Assembly: GCA_963777605.1 (NCBI GenBank)
Contig: CAVZRV010000007.1
Coordinates: 512,001 to 576,000 of the forward strand
Direction: 5' to 3'
Source: an uncultured Acidobacteriota bacterium
GTDB taxonomy: Bacteria > Acidobacteriota > UBA6911 > RPQK01 > JAPXNP01
DNA length: 64,000 nt
How positions within the stretch are numbered: position 1 is the stretch's first letter; each line of letters opens with the position of its first letter. Positions 31,019 through 40,885 of the stretch are shown piece after piece. The notes beneath the pieces were generated by a model. That model was not told where the DNA came from and did no database searches. It saw nothing but the letters and a program-made list of their open reading frames with translations. A program made the position numbers and the translations under genes.

Positions 31019-31745
31019 GACTCCACTCTCCCAAACCGAGGGCCTTCAGAAATCCCTCGTACACATTTCGGTAGGGATCTTCGCCAAGTGCCTCCAGATT
31101 GCGCTCGACCGTTCCCCTGTCCCGGCGGACCAGCGGCCCGGTTACCGGATTGACCCGGGAGTTCATCAAATTCAGGCAGATCCGCTCCATGTAGGGATAC
31201 GCCACCTCCCGCGGCAGCCTCAGTTTCCCCTCGAAATCTCCGAAGACCTTCGCCCAGAGCAAGCTTGTGAAGTTGCCGCTCAAAACACAAAGTGCATGAT
31301 ACAAAGGCTTTTCCGCAGGATCGAGATAGTAGTGGGGATTAGGCAACCCGGGGAGCAGTTCTTCAAAGGTACGCTTTCCCTTCTCGACGACAAACGGAAT
31401 CCGGCGGTAACTCTCTACCGGGTAGAGTTCTTCGGTGAACGTCATCAATGGATGGGCGCCCTGCGCAAGGGAGGTTATGAGGCTGCCGGAACAATGGACG
31501 CAGACCTTCCCCTCAAAGAGGGGGCGGTTCGCTGCGAGAAACTCCCCGATGGCGTCATCGCTGATCACGACCAAGACGTGAGTCGCGTCGTTGAGCGCTC
31601 GTTCCAGGTCCGGGACGTACGCCTCCGCCAGGGACTCCCGATCGGGTGTCCGGCGTCCCCAGCAAGTGAAAGGAAGGGAGAGGGAGTTCAGATAGCAGGC
31701 CAAATGACCAGCCAGTCTCCCACAACCGATTATCGCGTACTGCAT
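31008..31745 (-). CDS. Rossmann-like + DUF2520 protein, probable alternative ketopantoate reductase (PanG-type)
   Basis: IIGCGRLA, VISDDAI, VHCSGS, HPLMTF, YHALCVLSGNF, TGPLVRRD; coupled to panB-panC. Confidence 0.8.
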   Translation of the reverse strand: MQYAIIGCGRLAGHLACYLNSLSLPFTCWGRRTPDRESLAEAYVPDLERALNDATHVLVVISDDAIGEFLAANRPLFEGKVCVHCSGSLITSLAQGAHPLMTFTEELYPVESYRRIPFVVEKGKRTFEELLPGLPNPHYYLDPAEKPLYHALCVLSGNFTSLLWAKVFGDFEGKLRLPREVAYPYMERICLNLMNSRVNPVTGPLVRRDRGTVERNLEALGEDPYRNVYEGFLKALGLGEWSRGD

Positions 31746-31926
31746 TCCTTTCCCAGCCTTCTCCCAATAGGATACGCCTATGATCGGATTTGGGGGACTG
31801 GCAGGCCCGAAGGATTTGGAGGGTTCCGCTCTGGCCCTGGTGTCCTAATGGTCGCCTCAGTCCCAAAGGTCCCAAGAAGCCAATCACGAAACAGCCAAAA
31901 CCACACAACAACCGGGGACGGCTCTC

Positions 31927-33543
31927 CTATGCCTGCCAGATGCGAGAGCGCTGGAGATCTCCCGAGAGGATCTCCAATGCCGTGTTGGCATTCTCGATCA
32001 CCTGAAAATCGAACATGCCCACACAGGCAAAATCGGCTCCTTTTTCGAACACGTAGCGGAACCCGTCTTTCGGGTGGATGGCCCCCGCGGCGAGAACTTT
32101 GTAGGCAATCCAGGGTTTCGAGATTCTTTCCATCAAGCCGACCGTCTCTTCGGGATCGATACACCAGAGATTGTCGTGGAACTGATCATGGGAAGGCTGG
32201 TTCTGACCGATCGTCGAGAATTCAGGACGGTTCACCCGCGGGTGTGCCGACCAGTAATCATCGCGGTGGAGCGTCTTCATGTAGAAATCCACGTCCAGCC
32301 CGGCATCTTCGCAGGAAATCGGCACCCTCACCGAGTGGGCCGCCGTGCCCGCGATCAGTCCATTCTTCTTGATGAATTCCAGCGATGACGCCAGCAGTTC
32401 GAACTGGTTGTCGCGGACCCACTGATCCGCAATCCCGCCCATCACGAATGCTCCCATCGCTCCGTGATCGATCGCCTTCTGGATGTTGGTGGTCATGTCC
32501 TCCGCCTTCGGATAGACCTGGGCCAACCATTGGATCTTGCCTCCCCGCTTGCGGTACTTGTCGAGAATCCGAAGGGTGTTGTCGTCGGTTCGAAGAATGG
32601 CCGTGTCGATTCCGCAGGCTTCACACAGCCGCAACGTCTCGATGACCTTCTCATCGGTGAAATAGGTTCGCAGTAGTGGGGAAACGTAGATCAGGTCGCG
32701 GGAATGGGCAAAACCGCTGACCAGGTTTCCTCCGACGATGATGCGCCCCAGGTTGACGTGCCCGATTCGCCCCTTGGGGACCTGCCCCTTGAGATCCGCG
32801 AGGTTCGCAAAGCGGATCGCCCTCTGGCTGGCAGACGACACCGAATCGGTTCCCTGCATCGTCGCCAGTTGCCGCTCTTCGTAACTCTTCTTCATCAGCA
32901 CCGAAACCGCGAACGCTCCCAGGAATGGGACGGCAGCCAGAGATGCGATCAACTCCCGGCGCCGCAAGAGTCCGGAGAACGAGACGTCAGAGTGGTTGTC
33001 TTCCTTTGCGAGGACCGGTTCCGGGACGGGCGTTTCCCGCCTGCGTCCATTGAACGCCCCGAGGATCGAGTCGAGACCGGGCAGGGCGGCCCTGGGAAGG
33101 ACCACGAACAGGAGCAGAACGGCCAGTTCGATCAGGTTCTTGTTGACGAACAGGTAGCTGCCTTCGGCAAAAGGAGACTCAAATCCCATCAGAGGAGGTT
33201 GGGCGACATAGTAGAGGGCCAGGAGAAAAACCCCGCCGAGCGACGCGAGCCGAGTGAATGCACCCAGGAACAAGGCCAGCCCGATTAGAGTGAGGCCCCA
33301 GGCGTTCAGCAGGTCGGTCACCTTAAGCCAGGTGGGGTTCGCCACGATGGCGTGGAAGAAGCCCGACAAAAACCAGGTCGATTCAGCCAGGTATCCGGCG
33401 GAGGACCACCTCGGGTTAAGGAGCTTGGCGAGGCCTTCATAGAGGAAGTGCCACCCTACAAGGATCCTCAGGGCCACCAAAACGCCGGTTACTGCGGCGG
33501 GAAACTGCGGGGTTCTCATTCCGCGCTCCTTTTCATTCGCCAT
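31927..33543 (-). CDS. DoxX membrane domain fused to an aldo/keto-reductase-like TIM-barrel domain
   Basis: LRILVGWHFLYEGLAK..WSSAGYL..EGSYLFVNKNLIE (DoxX); RRRELIASLAAVPF; VPKGRIG..RIIVGGN..KPWIAYKVLAAGAI..GADFACVGMFD. Confidence 0.78.
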   Translation of the reverse strand: MANEKERGMRTPQFPAAVTGVLVALRILVGWHFLYEGLAKLLNPRWSSAGYLAESTWFLSGFFHAIVANPTWLKVTDLLNAWGLTLIGLALFLGAFTRLASLGGVFLLALYYVAQPPLMGFESPFAEGSYLFVNKNLIELAVLLLFVVLPRAALPGLDSILGAFNGRRRETPVPEPVLAKEDNHSDVSFSGLLRRRELIASLAAVPFLGAFAVSVLMKKSYEERQLATMQGTDSVSSASQRAIRFANLADLKGQVPKGRIGHVNLGRIIVGGNLVSGFAHSRDLIYVSPLLRTYFTDEKVIETLRLCEACGIDTAILRTDDNTLRILDKYRKRGGKIQWLAQVYPKAEDMTTNIQKAIDHGAMGAFVMGGIADQWVRDNQFELLASSLEFIKKNGLIAGTAAHSVRVPISCEDAGLDVDFYMKTLHRDDYWSAHPRVNRPEFSTIGQNQPSHDQFHDNLWCIDPEETVGLMERISKPWIAYKVLAAGAIHPKDGFRYVFEKGADFACVGMFDFQVIENANTALEILSGDLQRSRIWQA

Positions 33544-33810
33544 GCGTTACTCCCTTGCTCCGTTGAGCGGAAGAATCAGGCCCCTGGATGATCCGAGCTG
33601 AGCCTCCTCATTTCTACATTGAAAGCGGGTCTGGATCAACAGGAAGATTGAGAGGGTTGGAGGCTGGGAGGAACTGGAACTCGAAAGGACTTGCAAAGAT
33701 CGAGAGACCGGGCACGGGAGAACCGGCTGGATCGGCACATCCGTCAGAGCCGGAGAGGGCGGGTGGAGTGGTCCTGGAGCAATCGTGCCGCTTGGACCTC
33801 TACCGTTTCA

Positions 33811-34494
33811 TCAGTCGGACTTGAAGAGGCCTTCGGGGTTTGATCCCGTCAAACCGGCCCGGTAGGTTCGTTCGTCGACCGGGTTCAGGACGGCAACCGT
33901 CTCGGGGTCGAGCAAACTGAACCGGCGAAGACGGTCAAGGCCGTCGGCGATCTCTTCCAGGCTCCCGCTGTCACCAACCCAGTCCAAGTGGTCGAATCGC
34001 TCGAGTTTCAGGGGCACAGTATACCCGCGCAACGTTCTTTCCCGGCTGACGTTGTAGTAATGCTCAAAGTAGGACATCACCAGTTCTCTCAGCGAGCGGT
34101 ACACCGGCTCCCGGTAGCGGAGCCCGACAAAGTTCGACTTTGCAACCGCTCCCCATCTTCTCCCCGCACGAAAGAGAGCAAGCAGGTGATCGTCATCCCG
34201 GTCGTTGGGCAACATCTCGAGGATCAGAGGAGGATATCCGAGCCGACGGAGAACCGCCGCCGCAAAGAGGGCGCCATCGAAACAGTGGGCCTTTCGGTCC
34301 CGCAATACCTGGACCGGGGAACGATAGAAAGCGTCCGAACTGTATTCAACTTCGTCGAGGAAGTTCTGGATCTCATACGGATTCCTCAGTTTCCGCAGAG
34401 CAGTCCGCTCATCGCCGGACAGTCCCGGCCACCTGTCAAATACCGGTCTCCGCTGCTTTTCTGTTCTGCAACTTGTTCCCCTGCCAACACTCAC
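33811..34494 (-). CDS. Conserved hypothetical protein, transglutaminase-like fold suspected
   Basis: AHCFDGALFAAA, DDDHLLALF, WGAVAKSN, LRYREPVYRSLRELVMSYF; start uncertain. Confidence 0.7.
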   Translation of the reverse strand: MSVGRGTSCRTEKQRRPVFDRWPGLSGDERTALRKLRNPYEIQNFLDEVEYSSDAFYRSPVQVLRDRKAHCFDGALFAAAVLRRLGYPPLILEMLPNDRDDDHLLALFRAGRRWGAVAKSNFVGLRYREPVYRSLRELVMSYFEHYYNVSRERTLRGYTVPLKLERFDHLDWVGDSGSLEEIADGLDRLRRFSLLDPETVAVLNPVDERTYRAGLTGSNPEGLFKSD

Positions 34495-34598
34495 GGACCT
34501 GAGCTGCTCAGATTCTAACCGAACCGCCGGCGCCCGCGGTGATTTCCGATCTTGAGCCGACCGTCCTCATGGGTTACTGTGGCCGGTGAAGCCACACT

Positions 34599-35531
34599 AT
34601 GACGCAAACAGCCAAGAGATGGAGTGCATTCTTCGTCATCGCGCCCGCATTCCTCCTCGGGACCGGCAATCCGGGGAGTGCCCAGGAGACGACGGTTATG
34701 GGGACACCAAGGCCTTTCCAGCTTGCACTCATCCAGATGCCGGTCGAGGGCGGGAATCGATCGAAGAACCTTCTTCAAGCAGAAGAAATGGTCAACAAGG
34801 CGGCTGGCGCCGGCGCACAAGTCGTGCTGCTGCCCGAAGCCATGGACCTGGGCTGGACCCACCCAGCGGCGCTCGCTGACGCTCAGCCCATTCCCGGAGG
34901 GGAAACCTGTACGAGACTTCGAATGCTGGCCCGCAACAACGGGATTTATCTGTGCAGCGGTTTGACCGAAAAGGATGGAGAACAGGTCTTCAATTCTGCG
35001 GTTCTGATTTCCCCTGACGGGAAGGTCCTGCTCAAACACCGGAAGATCAACGAACTGGATATCGGGCATCCCTACTACGCCCTGGGCGACCGCCTCAACG
35101 TCTGCGAAACCGAGTTCGGAAGATTCGGCGTGCTGATCTGCGCCGATGCCTTCGCCAAAGGCGAAACACTCCTCCGTTCCCTCGCATACATGGGAGCGGA
35201 TGTGATCCTCTCTCCCAGCAGTTGGGCGGTCGAGGCAGACCACGACAACCTGAAAGAACCCTACGGAGCTCTCTGGCGCAGTGTCTATACCCCCGTCGCC
35301 CGCGATTTTTCCATTTGGATTGCCAGCGCCAGCAACGTCGGCTGGATGACGGCGGGACCCTGGAAGGGCAGGAAAGCAATCGGGTGCTCGCTGGTCGTCA
35401 ATCACGAAGGGAAGGTTGTGGTCTCGGGACCGTACGGTGCTGATGCCGGGGCAATCCTTCAAGTGAACGTTGAACCCGTCCAGCGTCCCGCACAAGGGGA
35501 CGGTTGGATTTCCTATTGGGGAAGGAATTGA
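34599..35531 (+). CDS. Carbon-nitrogen hydrolase family protein with signal peptide
   Basis: E-K-C triad in LLPEA, KHRKIN, ICADAF; FNSAVLI. Confidence 0.9.
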   Translation: MTQTAKRWSAFFVIAPAFLLGTGNPGSAQETTVMGTPRPFQLALIQMPVEGGNRSKNLLQAEEMVNKAAGAGAQVVLLPEAMDLGWTHPAALADAQPIPGGETCTRLRMLARNNGIYLCSGLTEKDGEQVFNSAVLISPDGKVLLKHRKINELDIGHPYYALGDRLNVCETEFGRFGVLICADAFAKGETLLRSLAYMGADVILSPSSWAVEADHDNLKEPYGALWRSVYTPVARDFSIWIASASNVGWMTAGPWKGRKAIGCSLVVNHEGKVVVSGPYGADAGAILQVNVEPVQRPAQGDGWISYWGRN

Positions 35532-35536
35532 CAGGC

Positions 35537-36763
35537 ATGCGATCACTCATTTCAAGTTACCGGATCCTAAGGGCGGACTTGATCCACCTGGTGATCCCGC
35601 TGTGTGTAATGACGGTATTGTCCGGAACCACGATCCATGGACAGGACTCTCCCTACGTGGTTCACGAGACCCGGGCGGTGATTCTGGAAGGCCCATACCT
35701 GGTGGCGCCTACAGAGGACGGAGTCACCGTGGTGTGGACAACCGACACTCCCTGCCATTCCAGAGTCGATTTCGGCCCAACTCCGGATCTGGGTCAGTCA
35801 GTCGAATCCTCCGACCACGGGATGCTCCGCGTCGGCACCGTCCATGCGATTCGCCTTGAAGGCCTCCCGGCGGGTCAAGCCTGTTACTACAAGGTCTCAT
35901 CGACCCGGGTGGTGAAACTCAAGCCGTACTGGCCCGAGAAGGGACTTGCCGTGGAGAGCCCGGTCTATTCCTTTCGCACCCCGAGTCGGACCCGAGAAAC
36001 CGTTTCCTTTGAAGTGATTACCGACACTCAGCACGAGGACCTTCGCCGGCTTGAAAAGCACCTGGACGCCGTCCAATGGGACGAAATCGACTTCCTGGTT
36101 CACACCGGCGACGCACTGAACTGGGTCCGGGACGAAGACCAGATGTTCCAGGGATTCCTTCACCCCCTCTCCGTCCGCCTCGAACATCAGACCCCGCTGG
36201 TCTTTGCCCGGGGAAACCACGACACACGGGGACCGTTCGCCCGTGGCCTGCATGACTACCTCCCGACGGAAACCGGCGAGTTCTATTTCGCCTTCGATGC
36301 GGGGCCCGTCCATTTTCTGGTACTCGACACTGGCGAAGACAAGGCGGATTCGACCACTGTCTACGCAGACTTGAACCGCTTCGAGCAATACCGGGACAGG
36401 GAGTTTCGCTGGCTTGAAGAACATGCCCGGACCTGTGACCGGATGAAGACCGCTCCGTTTCGAGTCATCCTGTTGCACTCGCCCAACTGGGGATGGGAAC
36501 AGCAGGGTTCCGACCGCTGGGAGCGGCTTGCCACGAGGGCCGGAATCGACCTTGTCATAGCGGGCCATCGCCACCGCCTCTCCCGGACGAACGCCGGCGA
36601 GGAGGGAAGCGGGTTCACCGTCCTGGTCCTGGGACAGGACCAGGTAGGCCGGGTCAGCGCGTCATCCACCGAACTTCGGGTAGCCGTGACCGACACTGCC
36701 GGCAAGGATTTGGACTCCTTCCTCCTCCATCCGAACCAGACCCTGTCCCCTGAAGATCGTTAA
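35537..36763 (+). CDS. Purple-acid-phosphatase-like metallophosphoesterase with FN3 N-terminal domain
   Basis: GPYL..VVWTTD; TDTQH, HTGD, RGNHD, LHSP, AGHRH. Confidence 0.88.
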   Translation: MRSLISSYRILRADLIHLVIPLCVMTVLSGTTIHGQDSPYVVHETRAVILEGPYLVAPTEDGVTVVWTTDTPCHSRVDFGPTPDLGQSVESSDHGMLRVGTVHAIRLEGLPAGQACYYKVSSTRVVKLKPYWPEKGLAVESPVYSFRTPSRTRETVSFEVITDTQHEDLRRLEKHLDAVQWDEIDFLVHTGDALNWVRDEDQMFQGFLHPLSVRLEHQTPLVFARGNHDTRGPFARGLHDYLPTETGEFYFAFDAGPVHFLVLDTGEDKADSTTVYADLNRFEQYRDREFRWLEEHARTCDRMKTAPFRVILLHSPNWGWEQQGSDRWERLATRAGIDLVIAGHRHRLSRTNAGEEGSGFTVLVLGQDQVGRVSASSTELRVAVTDTAGKDLDSFLLHPNQTLSPEDR

Positions 36764-36805
36764 CGACGTACAATTGGAGCCATCCCTGGCCAGCATGGTA
36801 CCGAC

Positions 36806-38524
36806 ATGATTCACCAAGTACTCACCACCGGAGAAGAACAGTTCCTGGCCCGCGAAAGGCGCTGCCTCGCCGACCTGCTCGCCGCACTCGCTCGACTCGA
36901 CGCCGGCGACGAGGATGAAACGACCCTGAAGAACGCCCTCGAATCCCTGGATCAATTGTTCCTCCTGGTGGTCGTGGGTGAGTTCAATGCCGGCAAGAGT
37001 GCGCTCATCAACTCGCTTCTGGGTGATTCCATCCTCGACGTGGGGGTAACCCCAACCACAAAGCGGATCCATCTGGTGCAGCACGGTGCCGAGGCGAGGG
37101 AATTGAAGAAGGCCGACTTCGAGGTCTTGAGCGCTCCGTCGGCGCTGCTTCGGCATGTCAATATCGTGGACACCCCAGGCACCAACGCGATCTTCCGCGA
37201 ACACGAAACCCTGACTCGGGAGTTCATCCCGCGGGCCGACCTCATTCTGTTCGTGACGTCGGCGGACCGTCCCTTCACGGAAAGTGAACGGGCGTTTCTG
37301 GAGGCGATCCTGGATTGGGGAAAGAAGATTGTTCTTGTCGTTAACAAGATCGACATCTTCACGTCCCCGGAAGAACTGGACCAGGTCGTTCGGTTCGTCA
37401 GGGAGCAGGCAACCCGCCTGATGGCTTTCGAGCCGAGAGTCTTTGCGGTCTCCGCCCGCGACTCTCTCGCTGCCGCTCCGAAACTGCCCGGCAACCAGTT
37501 TCCGGACCTGGAAGAGTTCATCCACGAGACGCTCGACCAGAAGGAGCGGATTCGGCTCAAGTTTCTGAACCCGCTGGGAGTCGCGGCACACTTGTCGGAT
37601 CGCTACCTGGCGTCGCTGGATGAGGGACTTCATCTCCTTCAGAATGACATCGATGCACTCGATTCCATCGACGACCTGCAGCAGGGCTTTCAGTCGGAAC
37701 TCGAGCGGGAGTTCCACTTCCGGCTGGCCGGAATGGATAATCTTCTCCACGAATTCGAGAAACGCGGGGTTGAATTTTTTGAAGACCGCATCCGTCTCAT
37801 CCGCATCGCTGAACTGGTGCAGAAGGCGAAGATCCAGGCCGATTTCAGTCGGCTCGTTATCCGGGATCTGCCCCAGGAGGTTGAGCACCGCAGCAACGAG
37901 ATGATCGACTGGATCATCACCAGTGAACTGGGACAGTGGCATGCAATCACGGACGTACTGACTAGAAAGAGAACCGATCGCGGCCAGGAACTGCTCGGCA
38001 ATCTAGGGGGCCGCTTTCAGTACGACCGCTCCCGGCTCCTCGATTCGGTCGGGCGCAAGGCCCGGGAGACCATCGGGAGCTATGACCGTGACGCGGAAGC
38101 GACCCGTTTGGCTGACGAGATTCAGCAAGCCGTCGCCGGAACGGCCCTTGCCGAGGCAGGTGCGATCGGGCTCGGAACTGCCGTTTCCCTGTTGGCCACG
38201 AGCACGATGGCCGACGTAACCGGCATCATCGCGGCCGGCGCCCTTGCCTTGCTGGGACTCTTCGTCATACCAGCCCGCCGCCGGGAGGCCAAACGGCAAC
38301 TTCGAGAACGGACGGCTGAAATGCGGGCACGACTGACCCGGGCGATGACCGAACAGTTCAATCAGGAGGTCAGGCGGAGCGCGACCCAGATGCGCGAGGC
38401 GATCGCTCCCTACGTCCGGTTCGTTCGGTCGGAAAAAGAACGGTACGACGCGGCCAAAGACACGCTCACCCAGATTCGGAACGAGGTTCAGCTGCTGCGC
38501 TCGGAACTGGAATCCGGGCGTTAG
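36806..38524 (+). CDS. Bacterial dynamin-like GTPase (FZL/BDLP-like)
   Basis: GEFNAGKS, GVTPTT, DTPGTN, NKID; helical stalk and hydrophobic paddle AGAIGLG..ALALLGLFVIP. Confidence 0.9.
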   Translation: MIHQVLTTGEEQFLARERRCLADLLAALARLDAGDEDETTLKNALESLDQLFLLVVVGEFNAGKSALINSLLGDSILDVGVTPTTKRIHLVQHGAEARELKKADFEVLSAPSALLRHVNIVDTPGTNAIFREHETLTREFIPRADLILFVTSADRPFTESERAFLEAILDWGKKIVLVVNKIDIFTSPEELDQVVRFVREQATRLMAFEPRVFAVSARDSLAAAPKLPGNQFPDLEEFIHETLDQKERIRLKFLNPLGVAAHLSDRYLASLDEGLHLLQNDIDALDSIDDLQQGFQSELEREFHFRLAGMDNLLHEFEKRGVEFFEDRIRLIRIAELVQKAKIQADFSRLVIRDLPQEVEHRSNEMIDWIITSELGQWHAITDVLTRKRTDRGQELLGNLGGRFQYDRSRLLDSVGRKARETIGSYDRDAEATRLADEIQQAVAGTALAEAGAIGLGTAVSLLATSTMADVTGIIAAGALALLGLFVIPARRREAKRQLRERTAEMRARLTRAMTEQFNQEVRRSATQMREAIAPYVRFVRSEKERYDAAKDTLTQIRNEVQLLRSELESGR

Positions 38525-40638
38525 TACAGCTTGGGAAGATACTCCAGCGGCACATCGAATGGCTCCGCTTTCCCCGAGACGACCTCATAGAGACGCTCGT
38601 GACTGGTCCGGCCTGCCTCGGACAACTCCTGGTAGGGACGGTTACAGACGTCCAGAAAACCGATGTTGTAGTTCTCCCCGTCGAAGCGGCCCAGCGCGGA
38701 CTCGTCATAGAGAGTGAACCAGTGGGCTCCGACACAGTAAGGGTCCGCCGCCGCATCCTCGATATAGACCCGGTAGGCTTTCCCGCGCTCCTCCTGGTTC
38801 TTCAGATGACCAATCCCCGACGACGGCAGCCCGACATCGAGGGCACCAAAATGCCACTCACCGACCATGACCGGGCATCCGAGTTGATCGTGGATTGCCT
38901 TTGCCTGATCCCTTGGAAGGCGCTCCAGGTAGCAGTTAAGGCTGAACACGTCGAACGCCTTCATCCCTTTCACGGCCCAGCTTGGAGGGACTCCGGCCCA
39001 ACGCATGCCGAGGTTCAGATGGTTTGGGTCGACGGCTCGACATCCTTCCGAAAGAGCTTTGAAATAGTCCTCGACAAGGAGCACGCTGAATGCCTCGAGG
39101 TCTGCCTTTGCCGCCGGCGTGATCTCGTGTTTCCACTGGCCCGAAGCAATCTCGTCGTAATTGGTCTGGATTGACCATGCCTGGGAAAGGCCCGCCGCGT
39201 CCGGATAGCGTTCCTTCAGGAACTCGACCAGCCTTCCCCGGGTATGACACTCGGGAGTGTTGTAAAGCATCCCTTCGGCAGGGAGTTCAGAGGAAAAGCC
39301 CCACGTCGGCTCGTTCATCAGGAAGTAGCCGATCAACGCCGGGTCATCCCGGGTTTCAGCCAGGTCGGCAGCGTAATCTGCGACATCTTCATTGAACTGG
39401 GGATGGTAGACGTCCGGGAAATCCCGATAGATCAGCCCCGCCCGGTGAGGCCGAAAACTCATGGGGCGAACGTACGGGAAAGCCGCCTTCCGGGCGTAGT
39501 TCCACTCCGACCAGTTGCCGACCGTGTTGAATCGAAGGCGCTTGAGTTCCCCCAAAGCGATCTGGGCCCAGCGGTCCCGCCACCCGTCGCTGCCGAAAGT
39601 CTGGATGAAATTCGTCGCAAGGTAGTTCACGTACTTGCCGGTAGTGCTGTCACTCCCCTGAAGCGCTTCCCGATAGGTCGGGTCCTGCTCAGGCACCCAC
39701 TCAAGAGCGGTTTCCAGGCCGTCGTAGCGGGCCGTCGTGTCAACGCGGACGCAGTCGACGCCCATCGACCAGAAACCATAGCCGTCGGGGTCCTGCAACC
39801 ACCAGCGCCCGTTGTCATCCTGCGCCGTGCGGAAGAACCCGGTCCCCTTGGCGAACTTCTTCGCCTTCCATCCGCCCCAGCGGCTGAACGAGTCGGGCCA
39901 CTTGTATCCGGGCGCCTGCTTCAACTGGGTTTCCAGACGGGTCTTCAATTCGGTCAGGTCGGCAGTTCTTGCGGGCCACTGATGAATTCGGCTTTGGCCC
40001 ATACGGTCGAGCAGCGGACCTTTCGGGAGAACCGGCGTGTCCATCCGGGGGACCTCCTGCACCGTCCCGAGAACCGGTGTCATGCACCATCGCGCGGGCT
40101 CAAGTCCTTTTCGAAAAACGATCCACTCCATCCGGTCGACTTTATCGAGATCCACACGGTCACCGGAGCAGCGCGGCTTCAGAAATGCCCCTTCCCGTTC
40201 GATTCCCCAGCGTCCCTGGTCGGTCAAGTCGAGCGGAAATCGCACCCGGAATCCACACTGGTTCAGTCCCGCGAAGCGAAAAACGAATCTCCTCCCGTCC
40301 TCCCCCTCCTGAAGTCGCACCAGGAAGACGATCATCTGATTGCCGTCGAACATCATGTCGCTGGTGATGTAGTTCAGTCGACTGAGCGTTCCCGCCGGAA
40401 ACCGGAACAGCATCCCGTCGTCAACGCTATCCGCTACGTACCAGTTCGCACTGTCGATCGGGGAGGCACCCTGATCGGAGCGCAAACCGCCCAGAAGGCG
40501 GTCGATCTGAAAATGATAGACGTCACTAGCCTCCTCTCCCGTTGACAGGCCGCTGCAACCAAAGGAAGACGCGGTAATGGCAGTAACATAGAGAAAGCTG
40601 CGACGATCCAATAGACGAGAACGTTCAGGGCGACTCAT
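38521..40638 (-). CDS. Tat-exported GH-A glycoside hydrolase, GH50 (beta-agarase)/GH42-like
   Basis: RRSFL Tat signal ending in GC; FSRWGGW..GFFRT..WWLQDPDG; FNTVGNWS; GYFLMNEP; DPNHLNLG; VGEWHFGA; GAHWF; GENYNIGF. Confidence 0.8.
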   Translation of the reverse strand: MSRPERSRLLDRRSFLYVTAITASSFGCSGLSTGEEASDVYHFQIDRLLGGLRSDQGASPIDSANWYVADSVDDGMLFRFPAGTLSRLNYITSDMMFDGNQMIVFLVRLQEGEDGRRFVFRFAGLNQCGFRVRFPLDLTDQGRWGIEREGAFLKPRCSGDRVDLDKVDRMEWIVFRKGLEPARWCMTPVLGTVQEVPRMDTPVLPKGPLLDRMGQSRIHQWPARTADLTELKTRLETQLKQAPGYKWPDSFSRWGGWKAKKFAKGTGFFRTAQDDNGRWWLQDPDGYGFWSMGVDCVRVDTTARYDGLETALEWVPEQDPTYREALQGSDSTTGKYVNYLATNFIQTFGSDGWRDRWAQIALGELKRLRFNTVGNWSEWNYARKAAFPYVRPMSFRPHRAGLIYRDFPDVYHPQFNEDVADYAADLAETRDDPALIGYFLMNEPTWGFSSELPAEGMLYNTPECHTRGRLVEFLKERYPDAAGLSQAWSIQTNYDEIASGQWKHEITPAAKADLEAFSVLLVEDYFKALSEGCRAVDPNHLNLGMRWAGVPPSWAVKGMKAFDVFSLNCYLERLPRDQAKAIHDQLGCPVMVGEWHFGALDVGLPSSGIGHLKNQEERGKAYRVYIEDAAADPYCVGAHWFTLYDESALGRFDGENYNIGFLDVCNRPYQELSEAGRTSHERLYEVVSGKAEPFDVPLEYLPKLY

Positions 40639-40885
40639 CGGCACCTCCAGTAAACCCCGCACCCCCGGCGGGCCCCAGTTTCGATTATGCACCGTAAGCC
40701 GGCATGGCCGGCACAACCCCCTGGTTGAACTGACCCGAACAATACCAGAGCCAGAGAAGAAAATCTTCCCTCTTCCCACCTGACTGCAACAGAAGATGCG
40801 TTCGCTCCTCACCAGGGTACTTGAACGCTTTCTGCCTCTCCCCTAGGATTGACTTCTATCCCAGGTCGGTGGCGAGGAACCGCTC

